Origin: Psammoneis japonica
Lineage: Eukaryota
Assembly (NCBI GenBank): GCA_008632985.1
Contig: QPGO01000310.1
Location: forward strand, 1 to 62,203
Reading direction: 5' to 3'
Length of the DNA: 62,203 bases
This document shows positions 25,046 through 36,578 of the stretch, piece after piece. The position numbers and the translations under genes are program-made. Within the stretch, counting starts at the first letter, position 1, and every line of letters begins with the position of its first letter. The notes under the pieces were generated by a model. It had not been told where the DNA came from and did not search any database. It worked only from the letters and a program-made list of their open reading frames with translations.

Positions 25046-26630
25046 ATGGCTGGGCCACCTCCGTGAATGGCAGTTCGTGACGGCGGCGTCGATCCTTGTT
25101 TTCACCGGCTTTTTGTCCGTGCTGGGTTCATCCTTCATCGTATATTCCGCTTGTAAGACAAATCGCCACAAGCTCAAGGAGAAAGCAAACCTGCGGCTAT
25201 TGCTTGGAATGAGTATCTATGATCTATGGTATTCATTAGGCAAGGGCTGTTTCTCTTTCCTCCTGTTCCCCGAGGGATATGGCTTGCCTCAGGCCAAGGG
25301 CAACATGACTACGTGCTCCTTTCAGGGCTTCACAGTTCAAATGGCGTACGGAACGGGCTTCTACAACGGTGAGTAGAGCTAGCTAAAGGGCCTGCCCTGT
25401 AGGGTGAAGAAGAATTCTTCTCACGGTGCCTGTCTGACTTCTCTTTGATACAGCCTGCTTATGCATGCACTACTACCTCACCATCTGCCGAGGCATGCCT
25501 ATAGAGAAGTGGAATCGATTTGAACCCTTCTTGCATGGCTTCAATGCCGTGCTCTGGGTTACTACAGGGATTGTCTCGGCGTTGGTAGGTCTTTACAACC
25601 CAATGCTGGGATGGTGCTTCATCACGTCCTATCCACCAGGCTGCGAGTCCGGTCCCGAAGCTCCTCCCTGCGAGCGTTTCCCACCCGAGACGCTGGGCTT
25701 GGTAATGGAAATCACTTCGCATTGGTGGCTTCAACTCTACTACGTCATTGTTATCTACACCAACACTGCAATCTGGTGGAAAGTCCGGAAGCAAGGTCGG
25801 AAGAATCGCAAGTATGCTCCACGCCTTTCTTCCAATGTATCGTCTTCGATTACTTCAGACAGTGCCAACGGTAGTAACACGAGACGGGGAAATCCTTCAC
25901 GCATGGCTTCTAACGTATCGTCACAGTCGGATAGTGGCAACGGTAATCAGTCAAGAAGTGTGAACTGTCGTTACGTGGCAGTCAGAACGTGTCGTTTTCT
26001 GACCGAGACAGTGAACGCGAGAGACAAGTCGCGGTGCAATGCCTTCTGTACACGGTCGCCTTTGCTTTAAGTTGGAGCGGGCCTCTCATCTGGCATTTAT
26101 ACGCATGGATCACAGGCGCGTTCCCCAACTTTACGATTGCGCTCATTGTTGTGATCTTCACTCCTCTTCAAGGCTTCTCCAACGCTGCCGTCTATGGCCG
26201 TCCAACCTACCTTCGTATCCGACGGAAATACCCCATGCTGTCGCGGTGGCGCGCATGGTACCGTGTTTTCTTTTCGGCGGATCCCTTTGCGGACCCCAAC
26301 CTCAAGCGGGCAACATCGTGCACCGCAGATGACACGGGTGATCGCCAAGAAAGTATGGTTGTGGAAGAAGAGGACTGTGAAGAAGGACCATCAGACCTGC
26401 CGACGGATGTAGTTGCGTGCAAGGGACGAGTTGTCTCCTTCACTGTGGACACCGTTGGCTCGGGTTTGCCACAGGACGACAACATGGGCTTGGACGAAGG
26501 CAGAGAAAGGACTATTGGGGAAGAAGGATCGGACCTTCCATCTGATGATGTTGCGTGCGAAGAAGTAGTTGTCGCTGAAGAACAGGCTGCTGTGGAAGAG
26601 AAAAAGGTGATTGATGAATCAAACAGGTGA
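25046..26630 (+). CDS. 7-TM GPCR-like receptor (Git3/cAMP-receptor-like family typical of diatoms)
   Basis: TM1 GFLSVLGSSFIV, RLLLGMSIYD, GNxxTCSFQGF, WCFI, TM7 FTPLQGFSNAAVYGRP. Intron 25369-25453. Apparent 1-bp indels near 25053 and ~25964. Acidic tail with a duplicated EEG(P)SDLP motif. Confidence 0.85.
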
Positions 26631-26987
26631 AGAAGGCTTTTGCGAGAAACAATTCATCATTGAATTCATAGCAACTATGCGATACGTGTTGGCGAAAGGC
26701 CGAGAAGTTTTGGCTCGAGAAACTAGAGGAAAGATTTTTTGTGTGGATATTTTAAGTGAATTAGCCTATGATTATAATTTAGTCTGGAGTGGCAATCTCT
26801 TTATTGCTTCGAGAATACTGCACGCTTCAAACGAGAGTGGAGATGCTGCACGCTTCAAACGAGAGTCGAGATAGCAAGGAACAAGGAAAAGAAATACAAC
26901 CAACCAAATCTGACAGCCCTCTGGCTTTTCCAGCACCTCTCCAACCTTCTTTCCGACAAAGAATCGATTTACGAAGAGGGCCCAGAC

Positions 26988-29900
26988 ATGGACGGAAGCG
27001 CACGCTATCGCCTTTGCAGAGGTGATGCCCTTGACGAGAGCAGAGGTGTGAACATCCAGAGCAAGAAGGTGACACGCAAAACACTTGATGAGAAACTTGA
27101 TCTCGTCATCCACTTCAGCAACGCCCCAGGTCTTGCCAAAGGGATTCTGGGAAGAAGATTCCATGCAGTGCCATCACAGCACAGATGGCAACAATGACCT
27201 TGAAGCATTTTCTTGCCCACTTGGGGCTTGTGAAACCAGTGTGCTGATGAGGTTCACCCTGACCCCTCATTCTCCTTTGATGACAATGTTGATTTTGATG
27301 ACACACATGGCACCTTGCCAATGGCTTTGGCTTGGAGTTGTTTGGTCCAAAGCAAAAGAGCACAACTGCAGTGCAAACCTCCAAAAATCAGTTTGTGCAG
27401 CACATGAATTGGAAAATTGGACACCTTCTCCCAAATGTCCAAGCTCAAGCTCTGCTGCATTCCATGTGTTGCCCCAAAGTTGTTTGCACCTGCAACATTG
27501 TCAGGCAATCTTTTGGCTGTCCTGACACATGGCCCCACATTGTGGCTCATGGATGGAGCATGAAAAAATCACATCTGGCAAAGGGTGGACAGCAGGTTCT
27601 CTGGCGCCAAAGATCAAAAAAGCTGTCCAGCACTTGTCAACACACCACAAAACTGGGAACAATGAGGGCCTTCATCATGATCTCATCCACAACCTCAATG
27701 CAATGGTGGAGGAGTTTGTGTGCCAGATCATTGCTGGAGATGACCTTGAAGACCCAGTCACTGGCAAGCCTCATTTCATTTTTCAATGTGCCGGTCTCCT
27801 CACCTTGATGCCTTGGTTGATGGCCAAGCACATTGTGAGAAGTGTTCTGCTTGTTTTGTCCCTGACATTGTGTTGCGCATTAGCACATCTCTTGTGCAAG
27901 CCAAAAGACAGAAGTTGTTGGTTTCCGCAGATTTTTTGCACCAAGGTTGTTGCCCAGGTGATGTGGCGCACACCCACTGACAGCTTTCTTGCCATTTTTC
28001 ATTCAATTTGTGTTGGCTCAGAGGCTGGTGTTGTGAAGGCTGACTGCCTGCATGACATCAAGGACAAGGTGACAAAGGAAGGAAATGCCAGGTCCTGGAG
28101 AGAGGCTCATGAAGCAAAAGCAAGTGCATTGCTGCAGCAAGAATTTTGCAAGAGCTGTTCCAAAGAGCAGCCCAGAGCACCTTTTCCAGCAGACAAAGCA
28201 AGCAACTTGCATGAGAACAAAGGCTGGCTGCTTGGAAGAAAAAAATGCAAGAGCTCAAGTCAAAAACAAAGCAAAGAATTGGAGGGCAGTGCACACAGGT
28301 GGCATCTGCTCACATGATGGTGGCTGGCTTCCTTTTCCATTTCACTTGCCCACACTGCATTCTTTCATGTGCCTTCTTTGAATGTCCTTCACAAAAAAGG
28401 CCATGATGCCAACAGCAGTTGTTGATCCACAATCTCTTGTGGTGCAGTGATCATCTTGCATCAGCAAGGGAGGTGTGCTGGCACAGCTGCACATCTGGCT
28501 TTCCCAGCCACTTTGTTGGAGTTCAGCACTCACACTCCCTCTTCAGCTCTGTCTCCACCAAGGATGTTGATTGGTCCTGGCCATCTGCTCTCATCCCCCC
28601 CCATGGAACCAGACAACATGTTGTGGCTGCAGAGCTCAGTGCTCTCAGCACTTTGACCCACTCAAATGTCATCCTCTCACCTCTCAACAAGTTGCTGCTC
28701 TCACCTGTCATGACTGCATGTCATTGACAAGATGATGACTGGCACGGAGCACATGCTGCACCACTCTGTTGCCAATTTCCACCCCACAGTCATGATTCAC
28801 TTGTGCAGCTGTGTTTCAAGATGGAGCTGTCATCTTTTGCACCTGTCATTGCAAGACTCATTGTGCCATGATTGAACAATGCCAATTTGAGCATCATTTT
28901 GCATTTGAAACACAAATGATGATCTTGCTCAGCAGCAATCACAAGTTTCAGACCTGTGTTGTTGACAATGACAATCTTGCTCTTGGCACTGTTGCTGCTG
29001 TCCAACCTCCAGTTGAGGTGCAAACTCTGGCCCATCACAGGAGCATGTTCATCACTGGCCATTTGTGCCAAGTTGCTTGCACATTGACACTGGTCTCTCC
29101 ACAGAGATTGTTGCTGCAAATGCTCCATTTTTTATTTTAAAGCAAACAAAGCAAATGAGATGTTGCTCATCCCCATCTTTGCACTGAATGTCATGACTGG
29201 AGCTCCTCCATTGACTCCCGCTGCTGCAGCGCCAGATCCCAAGTTGACAGCAGATCTAAAGACACCATTTCAGGCTTTCAGCACCCGCAAAGTCAACTGC
29301 CAAAAATGAAGCCACTTTGAAGCAGAATTCATCAGATGCGTGGCCCATGCATTGGCAGTTCATTGCTGGATGACAACTGTGACCAAACCAGCAAGTGCAC
29401 CTGCCATTTTGCATGGCAACATTGCCACTCCAAAGCACTTGACTCCATTGAGCATTCTCAGCTCTCTCTGCAATCAGCAAATTTTTGCCATGACTTCCAA
29501 GCTCAGTGGCCAACTTAAAATTGCGCCAATGGCCCCACCAACAATCTTGACAAGGACCACGACCCAAGATCTGGTTGAGGCTCACAGGGCCTGTTCCAGC
29601 TCTGGGTGATGCAGAACAGGCACCACAGACAAGAAATGCTCTGTCACATCAAGCCAAAGAATGGCAGAGTGTTTGTTCAACCATTTGCACAAATTTGACA
29701 TGGTGAGCCTGCAAGCTGAGTGTGAAGCTGGAGTGGCAGCTGCAGACAACTCAGCCCACAACAAAGCTGAGTTGGGTGAGATTGATCTGTCTCAGCTTGA
29801 GTGGCCCAAGCAAGAATGACTGAGGTGCATTGGGAGACCTCAAGGAGTTTTCAAGCTCCACTCTGCTCATGATGGACTGAACACATGTGGTGCCAGTGCT

Positions 29901-31841
29901 TGAACAGTCATTGAGAGCACTGAGAATGATCCAGCAGCACCTGCTTTTGCACAGATCTGGCTGCGGAAGCTGGCTCTGAAGCATTGTGCTCAAGGTCACA
30001 AACATTTCACCTGGGTGCCACATTCATTTGGTGCCCTGTCACCTCAATGCAGTCAAGACCACAGAGTGCAAGGGTGTCAGCTCTGAACAACCCAGCTGAG
30101 ATCAAGTCTGACAATGTCTGCACAGAGTGGCCTGCAATCTGCTGCCTGGCATCATCACTTGTGTTCAAGAAGCACACAGCAAACTCACAAGTGTGAAGAC
30201 TGCATTGGCTGCCAAACTCCCAGAGAGCAATCTCTCACCTCTCTGACCCATCCCCAAGAATGGGAGTCCCAAGCCAAAAAAGTGCCAAAGACTGTGGCCT
30301 TGAGGGATGCACAAAATGCACCTGGCCCAAGTGCAAGGCTGCTTGCCTGAAGAACAACCCTGCTGCAGCTTGCAGATGCCCAACCCACTGAGAATCCACT
30401 TCAACAGCAACCCAAATGCAGGCCTCTCCCATCCTCCTGGTGCACTGACTTTGCCAGAGAGACCGCCCACTGGGCTTGACTGAGACAACAACAACTTGAG
30501 CTGGAAGTTGCTTGGGAAGCACAAGGAATGTGGGTCTGACACCTGGGCTGTGCCAGAATCATTCCATTGCCAACCAACCAGGCAGTTTTAAGCAGAAGGT
30601 CAAGGAGAAAGCACGCTGTCTGGTGACCTGTTTTTGCCAGAAATTCAGTCATGGCATCCCCGCAGGTCATTTGTTTTGACGCTAAAGACAAATGTGCTTG
30701 CTGCCTGACACAAAAGCTGCAAAGCTCACACCCAGAATTCTGTGAGATGAACATCGTGAAAAGCCCTGCCCAGAGCTGGAGCACATCAATTGTGCTGCAA
30801 GTCAAAGCGAAACAGGCCCAAAGTCATGTGCTGGACACACCATGCTCATGAATTTTGTGCTGAGTTTCAAAAAATGCAAAATGTTGCATGCCCTGCTGGA
30901 AGTTTCTGCCCAAAGCTGAGCCTTGTTTGCAGCCAATGACATGTGGTTGCTTCTTTTGCATGGCACCAAGGGCCGGGCTTTTCATCAGGGAGATGCACCC
31001 CATGCTCGAGTGTTTGGTCACCACCGCGGAAAGGCCATTGGCAACATCCCATCTGTTTTGAAGTTATCTGCCTGCTGGTGTGTGTGTGGGGGGCATTTGC
31101 CATGGCCCTTCACACACTTTTCAGCTTTGTGCAGGCAACCTTGCACTCCTCAGATCCTGGCAGGGGGCTGAGAAAGGCCAAAGCGGCTGGCACCCACAGC
31201 TTGTGTGGCTCTGAAGGCAATGTCAACAAATGCAGTCACACCAAGACAACACACAGTGTGAGGTGTGAGGAACAGCTCCTCCTGCACCATTGATGTGGGA
31301 GCAAGGTGCAGAGAGGGAGCTTTTGGCCAATGGAAAGCGCGACTTTTTTCTCATTTTCAGCTGCAAACTGAGAGATTTCTTTCTTCAAAAAGTTCATGTG
31401 GTTGTGAAGCTGGGCCCCAAATCACATTTGAGCTTTTTTGTCCACCATGTTGTGGCATTTGATGATCAAACCAGTTGTCAGTTGGCGCCACAGGAGCCAG
31501 GGTCTTGGCTGCAATTTGACTTTGAGCAGCACAGCCCTCCCAGAGGCTGTTGTGCAGCATGACGCAACAACTGCATGCACCGAAGGTCCTCAAGTTGACA
31601 AATGTTTGAGTGGAACATCATCAACCAGGTTGTGCTAGCTCCATTGTGGTGGGATGCACCCTGGAAGCAGCTTGAGCATGGTGTCATCGCCAAAATGCTG
31701 GCTTCTTTTGTGTCTGAAATCATGCAAGATGATGAAAGCCACTCTGCGCCATCAAAGAATGGTGGTCGAGAACTGCACAAAACAGTTTGTGATCAATTGA
31801 ACATGGCAATCAAAAGGAAGGTTTCTCAAACACACGAATGA
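26988..31841 (+). pseudogene. TG/CA-mutated relic of a possible ~4.85-kb coding region of unknown identity
   Basis: An unmutated ATG-start segment (MDGSARYRLCRGDALDE) grades into TA-free sequence. Protein-like fragments on + run to ...KRKVSQTHE* at 31841, where normal composition resumes. Confidence 0.4.
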
Positions 31842-31899
31842 TCTTGAAACTTGGACCCTTAAGTGTTCGATTCGTGGCATCATTGTTTGATGATCTTGC

Positions 31900-32416
31900 A
31901 ATGCGAACTCATCGGTCATAGTTTTGACCATAAGTAAACCAAGGTGAGATCGCCACAGTGGTACAACCCGTTAAATGTACACAACAATTATACGGAAACT
32001 GTTTCAGAAATGCTTAAATGTTCGAAATCATTTATCAATCAGGTCATGGCATTTGATGATCTAAAACAATTAAAGACTCACAATCTGCTCACAATAATTA
32101 TTGTTTAAAACCGCGGGCGAGCTAGGTCCCGGTTCGCATTCGATAGCTACCCTCTACGTAGGAATTTCGTAAAATTGGGTACGAGAGGAACATTTAAGTT
32201 CGCGCCAATCGCAACCGAGAGGACACAAAAGAAAACAAGGAAAACAACAAAAAGGAAAGAATTGACGTGAAAGCTTGCGAGCGCTACTGTACTGTAAATT
32301 GCATTGAACATTATTCCTCGGCTTGAATTATTAAAATTTACTGCAATCACTTCGAACATACTAACGGACAAGAAGCCTGTGGAATACATTGAATTGCTCT
32401 CTCGGAAGTCCTAACC
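31900..32416 (+). promoter_or_regulatory. Promoter region homologous to 14150-14572
   Basis: Shares gaactcatcggtcat, taagtaaacc..ggtgagatcgcc, aaatgtacacaacaattatacgga, gaaatcatttatcaatcaggtcatggcat and an identical pre-ATG sequence. Confidence 0.65.
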
Positions 32417-34126
32417 ATGCATCTCAACAATACATCATCCTGGCGCTTGACAGCACGGTTTGCACTGTTGACAGCTTCAACGCTACTGCTTTTTCAGGAG
32501 TTGTCCGCCGCATTTGAATTCGTTTGTCCGATAAATGGTCGAGAGGACTCATCCTCGGAACTCCAGGCAAAAGACGAAAATGGCCCGGATTTTTCGGCTA
32601 TCTCTGGACTGGCCTTCTCTTCCATCCAAACAGGACCTTCAGGTGAGCCTGTCATGTACGCCAACATTGACAGAGGAAACGGTAAAAGGTTGGGTATTTT
32701 TGATTCTGGTTCCGGAGAACGGTTGCTAACGCTCCAAATTCCAAGCCTTCCTTCTGCCTTTGATTGGGAGTCTCTGGCCATTGGATCGTGCGGTATTCAT
32801 GGGGAGGCCGAATCGTGTATCTACATTGGTGACATCGGCGACAGCTATGCAAACTTAAACGGCGGGGCCGAATCGGGAAGACGGGGAAACCCTTATCGAA
32901 TCTACAAGATACGAGAACCAGTTCTACAGGCCTTCAATGACAATGATGCCATTCCAGAGAAAGATACGTATGTGTTGGAGTATGATTACCGTCACCCATC
33001 ATCTCCCACTGATTTTGCAGATTGTGAAGCTATGTTTTTGGACCACCAGGGTTGGGGGGAAGGAGGGAGTAAAGGCGACATTTACTTGGTTACCAAATGG
33101 GGCGAAGCCTACAAAAAGTACTATACGAGGTTGTTTCAAATTCCCGCATCTGCCTGGGATTTGTCCGAGGTTCCCTATTCACCTGCGTCCGTTGGGAATT
33201 GTCCAAATGGGGGGTACTTATATGGCAGAACGTTTACAATGGCAGACATGACATTGGATGGCACTCTGATCGCTTTTGGTGGCGCAGCTAGATGCACAGT
33301 TGTATTTCCGCGATGTCCCGGTGTCAGTGTCGCCGAAGCCCTGACGGGTGACGTCAAGGGTTGCGTAAATTGGCAGCACATCCCTGGCCGAACAGAAACC
33401 TTTGCATGGAGCCTGGATGGTACCCGAAACCTGATCTTATCGGAACGCGAAGAGTGCGACCCTCGAGGCCCACCCTTAGCTTGGACCACCATGGATTACG
33501 ATTCCCCAGAAGCAACGATCATAAGGTGCCCGGATAGTGAGGTAAATGTGCGGCCTGCAACAACCACGGAGGGGTGTCCAACTGTCGTTCCACCGACAGA
33601 AGCCCCGCTTCCATTCTCTGAAGTTTTTGTTGAGCTGAAGTGTCAGTACTCAGAATGCCTCGAGGAGTACAAGACAAAATTTGACTATGCTCCTGAAGGG
33701 TTTGGAGAAGTAATCCTTGCTAGTTCTGAGGAAGAAGCAGAGGCCATCAGGAATGTGACGGACCTTGGAGACATTATTACATCAGCGGCAAGGATGAGAG
33801 CTTCGCTGAGGTTTTTTCAGCAATATCGTGCAGTAGCTCTCGACGAGGGACGGCTAAATGCTCAAACGTTTGCTGACTGCGCTGGTAGATTTGGAGGCAA
33901 ATGCTCGCTTGACTTTCTTCAAGGCTTGATCGAAGCGGTGGCAAATGAAGATGAGCTCACGGATGATGTGAACACTGTGGAAGCGGACCAGTACTTGGAG
34001 CAAGCTAAGGTTTTCCTGCGCGATAAGAAGTGGATGCTCGCCACCTCTAGGGCGTTGTGGGGCATTCTTCTAATCCTCGCAAGACTTGATGATGATCTCC
34101 TCAGCGCTCCTCACTTGTGCAAATAA
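32417..34126 (+). CDS. Secreted bacterial-like beta-propeller protein, copy 2 (intact, 569 aa)
   Basis: Signal peptide, the same propeller motifs as 14573-16272, a Pro/Thr linker and a helical C-terminal domain. Intronless. Confidence 0.9.
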   Translation: MHLNNTSSWRLTARFALLTASTLLLFQELSAAFEFVCPINGREDSSSELQAKDENGPDFSAISGLAFSSIQTGPSGEPVMYANIDRGNGKRLGIFDSGSGERLLTLQIPSLPSAFDWESLAIGSCGIHGEAESCIYIGDIGDSYANLNGGAESGRRGNPYRIYKIREPVLQAFNDNDAIPEKDTYVLEYDYRHPSSPTDFADCEAMFLDHQGWGEGGSKGDIYLVTKWGEAYKKYYTRLFQIPASAWDLSEVPYSPASVGNCPNGGYLYGRTFTMADMTLDGTLIAFGGAARCTVVFPRCPGVSVAEALTGDVKGCVNWQHIPGRTETFAWSLDGTRNLILSEREECDPRGPPLAWTTMDYDSPEATIIRCPDSEVNVRPATTTEGCPTVVPPTEAPLPFSEVFVELKCQYSECLEEYKTKFDYAPEGFGEVILASSEEEAEAIRNVTDLGDIITSAARMRASLRFFQQYRAVALDEGRLNAQTFADCAGRFGGKCSLDFLQGLIEAVANEDELTDDVNTVEADQYLEQAKVFLRDKKWMLATSRALWGILLILARLDDDLLSAPHLCK

Positions 34127-36578
34127 TACTAGTAGAGAAGACGGCCATGTTTACGTCCTTCACTGCTGATTTCAAAGGCCGTCAGCAATTTCAATTTGCC
34201 GGGCAGATTCATGATAGCGGTGTGCGGTGTCATGGCCCAAGCAAGTTGGAATGCTCAATAGTATCCATAATTATTTAAACTACATGTGCAAATTGGAATC
34301 GGTCCACTTGTGTGCTTCTTCCTTGAGTCTTGATGTACTGTATGGTGCATGTACTTGAAGAAAGGAGTGGTTGCATGAGCCTCTTGTCCAACGAATCAGT
34401 TCAAGCAACGACATGCAAAGTCCTTAAATCATTCTCCAAGACGGGAGTCGAAACAGTAATTCCCATAATCACTAAGTGCTCGGAGGCGTTGCACAAGCCC
34501 GTTACAGTCCAGTAGCCGACGCAGCGCTTCTGTCGCAGCATCCGACCCATTGAGAATACCACGAATGATAACCACGGATAGTTCAGGACAGTACGGTGGT
34601 GGGAAACGAGCATATGTTCGACTACAACCCAATTCATCCGGTTCCAAGCATCGACGACGTCGTCACCATAGTTGACCCCAAATGCGCTTCAAACGGCAGA
34701 GTTATAAGATCATCACGATTGAACACAACGAATCTGCCGATCAGAAGCAAGTCTCCTTGCCCTCACTGCAACCTGCTGCAACGGCAATAAACGCATCAGC
34801 ACGATGTGGGTGCAATTCAATGAAGATAACCCCCGCAACCCCACAACTACCATCATCTCATGATCTCGACGGTTGGCCGGGTCTCAAAGCCCCTATAGTC
34901 CAAGAAGACCATAGAAACTGATCAATCGCTTGCGACTGCCTTTAGAAAATTTCTAAAATCTCGTATTTTAAGGCGAGTCTGATGTCGATAGCCCTACGTG
35001 ACGTGTTCTTGGTACTGTTGCTTCTCACAGAAAGAAGTGTCAATGCAATGGTTTCTTGGCACCGGGCCTTCTCCCAGTAAGCACCAAAAAAAAAAAGCTC
35101 ATTTGTTTCAAGATACAACATACGTCAATTGTAGATGCTGCGTCCGAGTTGCCTAAATTTCAGTGCGTCAAACACCTTTCCTTACGAAAGACCTTGGCAT
35201 TGTAGCATTCTTGTACTTCTACTAAGGTAGCCGCCCAACTGAAAGAGCATACAGCCCAGATGATGGTAAGTCGCAATGTTACCAATCGCCTCGTGCTGAA
35301 CTTGTCAGAGACGGTCACCTTGCTAGTGGCCGTCAGTAATCCTCGAAAGGCCAATCCCAGATCCAAAGCTGGGAAAGCTTTCCTAACGTTTTGCTGCCTC
35401 TGCCATTGCTTCGCACACATCTCGACAGTGCTCTTCTTAGTCAGTCCGTCAGCAGGGTATGGGCTCTTCGTTCTCGTTTCTTAACAGCATTGTTTTGTGA
35501 CGAGAAAGTTTCGCGGTCGAGCGACCCACTTTTTGTTCCGAACTTTGCTCGGTTCTTGCTTCTTGCCGCTGTTCAACTCTGGAGAAAAATGATTTTCCAG
35601 GAAATACGAGTCATATCACGCAATATCCATCAGAGTTTGATCCGCCAGCATCGTTAAATTCAATCACTCGACCAAACAAGAACGGGTCAAAGTTTTACAT
35701 CGCCTTGTTCCTCCTGCACACGGTACCACTGCACAAACTACGATGTGACAACTTTTTGAATCATGATTCTATTGCATAATCCTGCTAGGCGTTGGTTCCA
35801 GTATTCACGTCGTTATCCCAACTACTATATATCAGCTCGACGTGGTGTCAGCAATATGCAAAGCGGCGATAGGAGATAAGTCATGGCAAATCTCGCTTTG
35901 GTGTTAGTCTCATCCCAAATCTCCCAAAAGACGAACTCGCAAAACGCCGGGGTATTATCCATGCAGCTGGTTTCCTCCGTAAAGAGAGTGGAGAAGTGTA
36001 TCGTATGTTGCTTAGGCCACTACGGTTTGTGGTGGTGGATATGAAAGGGTAGGTCGCGGTCATGATCGAACCAAAATGTGAGACCACGCGCGGCGGTCAT
36101 TTTTAGATTTATGCCCAATAATCGTGAAATGACCGTCTAATGTCCTTCGATGATTATAGTCATTCATTCGATATCATAGGTGAATTCAAGGTGGGAAATG
36201 GCATTGAATGACTAAAACGAAATCTAGAGATGGTCCGAATTATGCCCATTCATAAGAATTATTAATGTGTCTCAATGACTTCGTGGAATCGTACGCGGTT
36301 GTGCTTTCAAATAATCTATACAAGCATTAAGATAAATTTTGTCGAGAGACATCGATGCATTTGAAATGTGTTGGTAGTCAGTCACAAATTGTGGAGTCAC
36401 ACTTCTGTTGCAACGCGGACGCCACCAAAGCCAATACTACAAGAAGTATTCTTGTAAAAAAGAGCCATTATTCTGTCTTTCCTTTCGAAAAACTAAACGA
36501 TTGCTCTCGGTAGCAAACGTTGAAGCGATCGTGAAACACCGAGAATCGAAAACAAGGTTGCTATAAAACTCTGAATCA

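Noticed and set aside
26900..31850. Ty1/copia or Ty3/gypsy LTR element
   Set aside because: No LTR pair, primer-binding site, or integrase/RT motif could be recognised.
34330..36100. Possible gene fragments in the spacer
   Set aside because: Short, interrupted and without recognisable homology.
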